Shown here: positions 58,216 through 64,000 of the stretch, in pieces
How the letters are laid out: each line of letters opens with the position of its first letter
How positions within the stretch are numbered: the first letter of the stretch is position 1
Assembly: GCA_004431415.1 (NCBI GenBank)
Contig: QPMI01000015.1
Coordinates: 310,001-374,000 of the forward strand
Source: Cyanophora paradoxa CCMP329
Lineage: Eukaryota; Plantae; Glaucophyta
Direction of reading: 5' to 3'
Length of the DNA stretch: 64,000 bases
Position numbers and translations under genes: made by a program
The notes under the pieces: generated by a model
The model's input: the letters and a program-made list of their open reading frames with translations, nothing else
Told to the model about the DNA's origin: nothing
The model's database searches: none

Positions 58216-61200
58216 CTACCGCTTCCCGCGCTTGCTGGGGAGGGTGGGCCGCAGAGGCCGGAAGGCGGAGGCGGCGGGGGCGCCCGGGGGCGGGGCGGGG
58301 ACGAGGGGCGCGCCGGCCCCGGGGGCCCCGTCCTCCCTGCGGGGGAAGGGCGGCGGGGCGCGGAGGAGGGGCGCGGCGGGGTCCCCGCAGGCCGGCCCCA
58401 CCGCCGCCAGCAGGCCAGCCACGCTCACGCTGGCGACCTGCGCTCGGGCGAGCCGGCGTCAGAACAGAGGAGGATGGAAGAGGCGAGAAACTTCGATGAA
58501 AGGGCGGACGGAGGGGCGTAGGAGAGGACGGCGTCTGTGGCGGATCGCCGGGGCGGGAGGGCGGGCCGGAGGGCCGCCCGCGCCCGCTCCCGCGCCTCGT
58601 CCGCCAGGCGGCGGGCCCGGGCGAGGGACGGCGGGCCGGCGGGCGGCGGGGGCGGCGGGGCCGGCCACACCCGCGAGCGCCACCAGCAGCGACTCCAGCA
58701 CGTCCGCGACCACCTGTACCCTCGGGCGGTCAGGGGTGGGGAAGAGGGGGGGGTAGAGGGACTCGCCTCCTCGACGGGGGCGGGGGCGGGGTCTCGGCGC
58801 CGCTGCGGGAGGGCGGCTGGGGGTGCGGGGCGGGCGGGGCTGGCGGCGCCGGAGGAGGGGCGGAGGGGGCGGGCTGGAGGCGAGGTGCACGGGGAGGGCG
58901 AGGGGCCCCTGCCGCCCCCGCAGCTGCCGCCGCGAGAGCCGCGCCCGCCACCGCCGGCTCGGGCCCCCGCGCGGCAGCCCGGGCCGGGCGGCGACGGACG
59001 CGGCGGCGGGGGCGGAGGCGGGGTCCGGAGCGAGGGGGTCCGGGGGGCGAGGAGCGGGAGGCGCTCGGCGGCGAGGAGGGCGCGGGCGAGGGGCCCGAGG
59101 GCGACGGCGGCGCCCTCGCCGGCGACGCGGAGGCGCCAGGCGCGCTCCGGGCGCGGGCGACGAGGGCGCAGCGGAAGGCGCGCTGCCGGCGGAGGGTGCA
59201 GGCGAGGGTGAAGGCGCCGCGCTCGCCGGGGCCCAGCAGCAGCGCCGCCGGCGCCACCGCGAGCTCCACGTCCCCCAGCGGCCACTCGGGCCCCTCGGGC
59301 GGCGGCCCCGGAGCATCCTGCTCCTCCTCCTCCTCGTCCGCGCTCGACTCTTCCTCATCGGCGTCGTCGTTGTCCGCCTCCTCCGCCGGTACCCCCTCTC
59401 CGTCGGGCGTGCGCCGGCGGCGGCGGCGGCGGCGGCGGGAGGGCTCGAAGGAGAGGGCGAGCGACAGCCCGACCTCGGAGCGGTTCTCGAGCACCACCGT
59501 CCGCCGCACCGCCTGCGCGCCCCGTTAAAGAAGGGAGGAGGAGAAGGGGGGTACAGGTGCCCACCTGGCCGACGGGGAGGACGCCGAGGCCGGCGGTGGG
59601 CGGCTCGAAGCGCACGTCGAGGGCCCCCCCGACGCCGGCCACCGAGACCTGCCCCGCCCCGCCGCCTAAGAAGAGGCGGGCAGGGCAGAGGAGGAGGAGG
59701 AGAAGGAGGAGAAGAAGGGGGGGGGGGGGGGGGGGTACGGACCTCCTTGTAGCGGGCGCGGGCGGCGACGAGGAAGGTCGCGCCCTGCCGCCCCCGGTGG
59801 CCCTCCCCCGGCGCGAACGTCACCTGCCGCCCCCGCATCAGACGCGCCCCAAGCTGGATCCTAGTCTTAATCCCATCGCATCGTTTCTAAGTGTTCGAAT
59901 CGAGTCTGAGTTCTAGAAGCCTTGATCTCGTCTTCTCGATCTTGATCTAGTCTTCTGTCCAGCCTCAGATGCGGGGCGGGGCGCCTGGGGCACCTCGAGG
60001 GGCGCGGAGGCGCGGGGCTCGAGGCGGCCGCGGTCGGGCTGGACGGAGAAGGGCGCCTCGACGGCGGGGACGCTCCACTCAACCGAGACCAGCCCCGTGT
60101 TCCGCACCGATATCTGGCCGAAGCTAAGCCCGAAGAGACGAAGAAAGGAAGGAAGGCGGGCGCGGACGGTGCGGGTGGCGTGGAAGCCGATGGCGGTGAC
60201 GCCAAAGTTGACGAGGGGGGGGTCCACCGCGAACTCGGGGTACGCCCCCTTGCCCGTCACCAGCACGTCCAGCACCCCCACGTTCGACACGATCTGTCAG
60301 GGTGCAGGATTACAGAGGTCTCTTTCGAATCTTTTTCTTTCATGGGAGGGGGGTTACGCGCCTTGATGGAGGAGTGCATCTCGAAGCCGCCGTTGGGGAC
60401 CCAGCGGACCGTGAAGGTCTCCTGGCCGTGCCCGGGGATCGTTCCCTTCAGCGGGTTCACCTGCCCGTTCCCCCGCCGCGTCGGAGGGCGAGAGACGCGA
60501 GGGCAGTGCGGGGGCGGGGGCGGGGTGGGGAGGGGGACGGGCCTTGATGGGGTACACGTGGCGCAGCGTGTACGTGAAGGGGAACCCGCCGTAGTTCTGC
60601 GCCCGCCCGCACGCCCGCCCGCCGCTGCCGTCAGCAGAGTGGAGCGCAGGATCCGCCCGGCCCCCCTTCTCCCAAACTTCTTCTTCTCTGAAAGCGGTCG
60701 GGTGGGGCGGGGGCGGGCCTGGACGACGAAGGAGCGGGTCTGGGGGTCCCCCACGGGGCACGCCCCGAAGGAGACCAGCGCGAACTCCGCCGCCCGCACC
60801 ACCGTCGCGTCGCTGCGGGGCGGGGCAGAGGGCGGCGCTCAGGGGGGAGGAACGGGGAGAGGGAGATCGACTGACAGAGGAGAGATGGGTTGATGGATAG
60901 GGAGGGCAGAGGCCGAAAGGGCCCAGCTAGGTAGGGCGAGGGCAGAGGGGGGGGGGGGGGGGGGGGTAGAGCGCTAAGGGCTTCGAGTGCGCCGAGGGGC
61001 CGGTCTAGAGCAAGACGGCGACGGCGGCAGGCGGGGGGTGCCCGGCTCGGACAGGGAGCTAGAGAGAGAGGGGGCGCGGCTCGGGGCCGCTTGAAAGCGA
61101 GGAGCCGCCTGGGGGCGCGCCTGTGGCCGAAGAGGGCAACAGCGGCGGGCGGGGAGGTGCCCGGCTCGGACATGGAGCTAGAGAGAGGGGGGACATGGAG

Positions 61201-64000
61201 CTAGAGAGAGGAGCATGGAGCTAGAGGAGGGGGGGGGGGGGGGGGGGGGGGGGGGTTAGAGTGGGCGGGCCTGTGGCCGACGACGGCGACGGGGTAGCGC
61301 GCGCCGACGAGGTCCGTCGTCAGCGCCACCTCCTCCTCGAACCTGAAGCGGGGGGCGGGGCGGGGCGGGGCGGGGCGGGGCTCAGGGGGAAGCGAGCGAG
61401 CAAAGCGTGAAGGGCGGCGGGGCGGGGCGCGGGAGAAAAGGACGCGCAGCTAAGATGCGCGGCGGGAGAGGTGATGGGTTAGATAAATCTATGCCATGAT
61501 GTTAGATCAAGGCCGCAGAAGTCACAGCACAGGAGTCACAGGAGACACTAAAGTGCGTTGGACTTAGGCAGCGGGCCGGGGAGAGCTTTAGAGGAAGGAC
61601 GCGCAGCTAAGGTGCGCGGCGGGCGGGAGAGATATGACAGTTTTTGAACAGACTTCGACGAAGGTTGCCGAGCGGGCGGGAGGGAGCGCACTTGAGGAGC
61701 TCCGGGGAGACGAATGTGGCGACGAGGTCGACGGCGGCACCGGCCTCGAGGCGGCCCTCCGTCCGCGACCAGCGCAGCAGCGGGTTGAGGGCGGGGGGCC
61801 GCCGCAGCTGCCAGTGGCACGCCATGTCCCCCGCGTTCCGCACCGCCAGCGTCCGCCGCGGCGACGACCCCGCCTGCCCCGCCCGCCCCAACTCAGCCCC
61901 CCTGCTAAAAGAACAAGCGGCTCTAGGAGTGCCCTGAGGCCGGCTAGGCTTGTGCGGGCGGGGGCGGGGCGGGCCAAACTACCAAACGAACAAGCGCCTC
62001 TAGAAATACTAGAAACTATAGCTTGGTTTGGCTTGGCGGGAGCGGGGGAGGGGCCGGGGCGGGGCGGGCCTGGAAGTGGCCGAAGTCGAGGCGCGGCGTG
62101 ACCTCCAGCTCCACCCGCCCCGACTGCACGTGCACCGGCACCTGCCCCCGGGGGGTGAGATGCCGAAGGAAGGAAGGAAGGGGGAGGAGAGGAGGGGGGG
62201 TACCTCCATCTCGGCGTAGGGGGTCTTGACGAGGAGGACCGTCGCGAGACGGTCCATCGACGCCGTCGGCCGCAGCGTCAGCGTCACCCGCGCCGCGCGG
62301 AACGCCTGCGGGCGAAATTGATCCTTGGGGGGGTGGAGTGGGGGGTACGGGCGCGCCTCGACGACGAGGCGGGAGGGCGTGACGTCGAGGTCAGGGAACG
62401 GCTCCTTCAGCGTGATGTCCACCGGGTACTGGCGGAGAAGGGGGGGGGGTATCGAATCAATCTCACATTGTTGGGGAGAGGACGGAGTGCCGGGGGGGGG
62501 GGAGTTGCAGGGGGGTACCTGGAGGTCGCCGACGTTGGAGAGCTCGAGCGAATCGTAGTACACGTTCCCGATGACTGCGGCGAAAGCCGTGAGGTGTACA
62601 TCGAAGAAGAGAAGGAAGAGGCTCCGGAGAGGGGTGAGGGGTGGGGGTGGGGGCGGGGGCGGGCGGGGGGTACCGCAGGCGAGGAAGTCGGACTTGGACT
62701 TGGAGAGGGTGAGGACGGCGTGGCGGCCCGTGCCCGTCACCTCCACCTTGAACCGGTCCACCTGCCCCCGCCCCCTCAGCTTCGATTCGTTTTCAACAGA
62801 GTTAAGCTCGGTCCAAGGCTAGGCCATCGGGGGAGGAGGGGGCGCGCCTTGGTGCGGACGATGAGGCGGCCGACGAACTGGTCCTCGGAGGGGGGGTTGA
62901 AGAGGACGGGCACGTCGAAGTGGCCCCCGGGGGGGATCTGCCGTGCCCCCCGCGGGAAGTCCTCCCCCTCCTGGGAGGCGAGGCGTGAGAGAGCGGCGGA
63001 AGAGCGCCGCGCCAAGCTGCCGCTGTCTCTAAATCTAACTCTGTCTCTTTGAGCGCTGCGCTGCGCTGTCCTAGACCCTTCGAAGCGCCGTCCCTCTCTG
63101 TCGAGCGCTATGAGGCATTCTCTGCCAAAAAGAGCGTTCTCCATCTCCATCTCTAACTCTGTGAGCGCCCGGCGGGCTGCTCTCTCTCTCTCTCTCCCAG
63201 ACCTTGAAGACGGGGGACTCCTCGAGGTGGATGGAGCGGATGGGGAGGTACGCCGTCCCCTCGTTCCGCAGCCGCACGCTCCCCACCGTCCACGCGTTCA
63301 TCTGCAGGCGGCGGCGGGACCGGTCACTGTCTGTCTGTCTCTCCCTCTGCGCCGCAGGAGAAGGAGAGAGCGGACCATGCAGCGGCCGAGCTCGTGGCGG
63401 AGGGCGGTGCCACACGCTAGGCGGTAGGCCCCGCCCCCGGCCAGCACCTGCGTCACATGGCGGCGGCGGCGGTTAACCACTGTGATCGGCCGCTTAAAGC
63501 TCAAAGCCAGCAAGCCGGCTTCTTCAAGTGTTGCAATTGGTTGTTTTTCAATTGTGATCGGCCGCTTAAAGCTTAAAGCCAGCCAGCCAGCTCGTTAGCC
63601 AGCTCGCTCGCTCGCACCTTGAAGCGGAGGGGGGCGGCGGTGAGGGGGTCGAAGAAGATGGGCTTGGCGGTGAGGCCCTCGCGGAGCGGGTGGAAGACGA
63701 AGTGGACGCGCACGGCGTCCCCCGTCTTCAGCTCCCCCTCCCGCGGGTCCACCGTCACCCCTGTGAAACGAGTAGAAGCGGTCGGTCAGAAACGGCGGCT
63801 CAGAAAAGGGTCAGAAAAGGCGGCTCAGAAAAGAAAAGGGTCGGAAACAAAAAAAAGGGCTCAGAAAAGGGTCGGAAGGGGCGGCGGCCGGGCTCCGAAG
63901 GGGTCAGTTAAGGCGGCTCGGAAGGACCAGTCAGAAAGGGCGGCTCAGAAGAGGGTCAGAAACAGAAGAGAAAGGGCGGCCGCCGGGCTCCGAAAGGGGT
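58216..64000 (-). CDS. 3' portion of a Hydin/CFAP47/CFAP65-like ciliary protein with tandem ASH (PapD-like Ig) domains; 5' end outside the window
   Basis: Repeated ASH signatures: VDPREGEL..GDAVRVHFVFHP, VRLRNEG, VSFGACPVG, VNPLKGTIPGHGQETFTVRWVP, VNFGVTAIG..ISVRNTG, FSVQPDRGRLEP. Confidence 0.75.
63780..64000. repeat. Intronic degenerate tandem repeat GGC(G)GCTCAGAAAAGGGTCAGAAA
   Basis: At least 8 variants of (G)GTCAGAAA / GCTCAGAAA / GCTCCGAA, running to the window end. Confidence 0.75.

Noticed and set aside
1-64000. Hundreds of long overlapping R/A/G/P-rich ORFs in the six-frame track
   Set aside because: These are shadow frames caused by high GC content and stop-codon scarcity. The real genes are spliced and recognisable by motifs.

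Overview
This is GC-rich eukaryotic nuclear DNA with dense, multi-exon genes and short (~50-150 nt) introns, many with GTGCGC or GC donors, so the six-frame ORF track fragments or misses most genes. The likely source is a flagellated alga with a primary plastid, most probably a glaucophyte such as Cyanophora. This is an inference from MFAF/MAAF-type transit peptides, a plastid-like rps8-rpl6 fragment and a ciliary ASH-repeat gene. Genes in order: F-box/LRR protein, PDS5, SUA5, plastid ferredoxin-sulfite reductase, NAR1/CIAO3, a divergent VAMP-like R-SNARE, eIF4G (MIF4G+MA3+W2), an unknown plastid-targeted protein, a tiny SAP30-like gene, UFD2/UBE4, YIP1, tRNA-Leu(CAA), ARL16, NOPCHAP1-like, OST3/6, an unknown protein, NDUFAF2-like, an RS/Pro-rich protein, stand-alone CNX1G/MogA, a large protein of six AP2-like modules plus a SAM-like domain, and the 3' part of a Hydin/CFAP-like gene. 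The most notable observations are (1) the six-module AP2-like/SAM gene, whose modules share an intron at the same position, (2) a ~135-bp plastid DNA insertion inside a PDS5 intron, (3) convergent SiR and NAR1 stop codons only 3 bp apart, (4) intergenic islands sharing a motif vocabulary and palindromic microsatellites, and (5) introns enlarged by duplication of their own splice junctions. Exon structures were reconstructed by eye, and CDS coordinates are start-to-stop spans that include introns.
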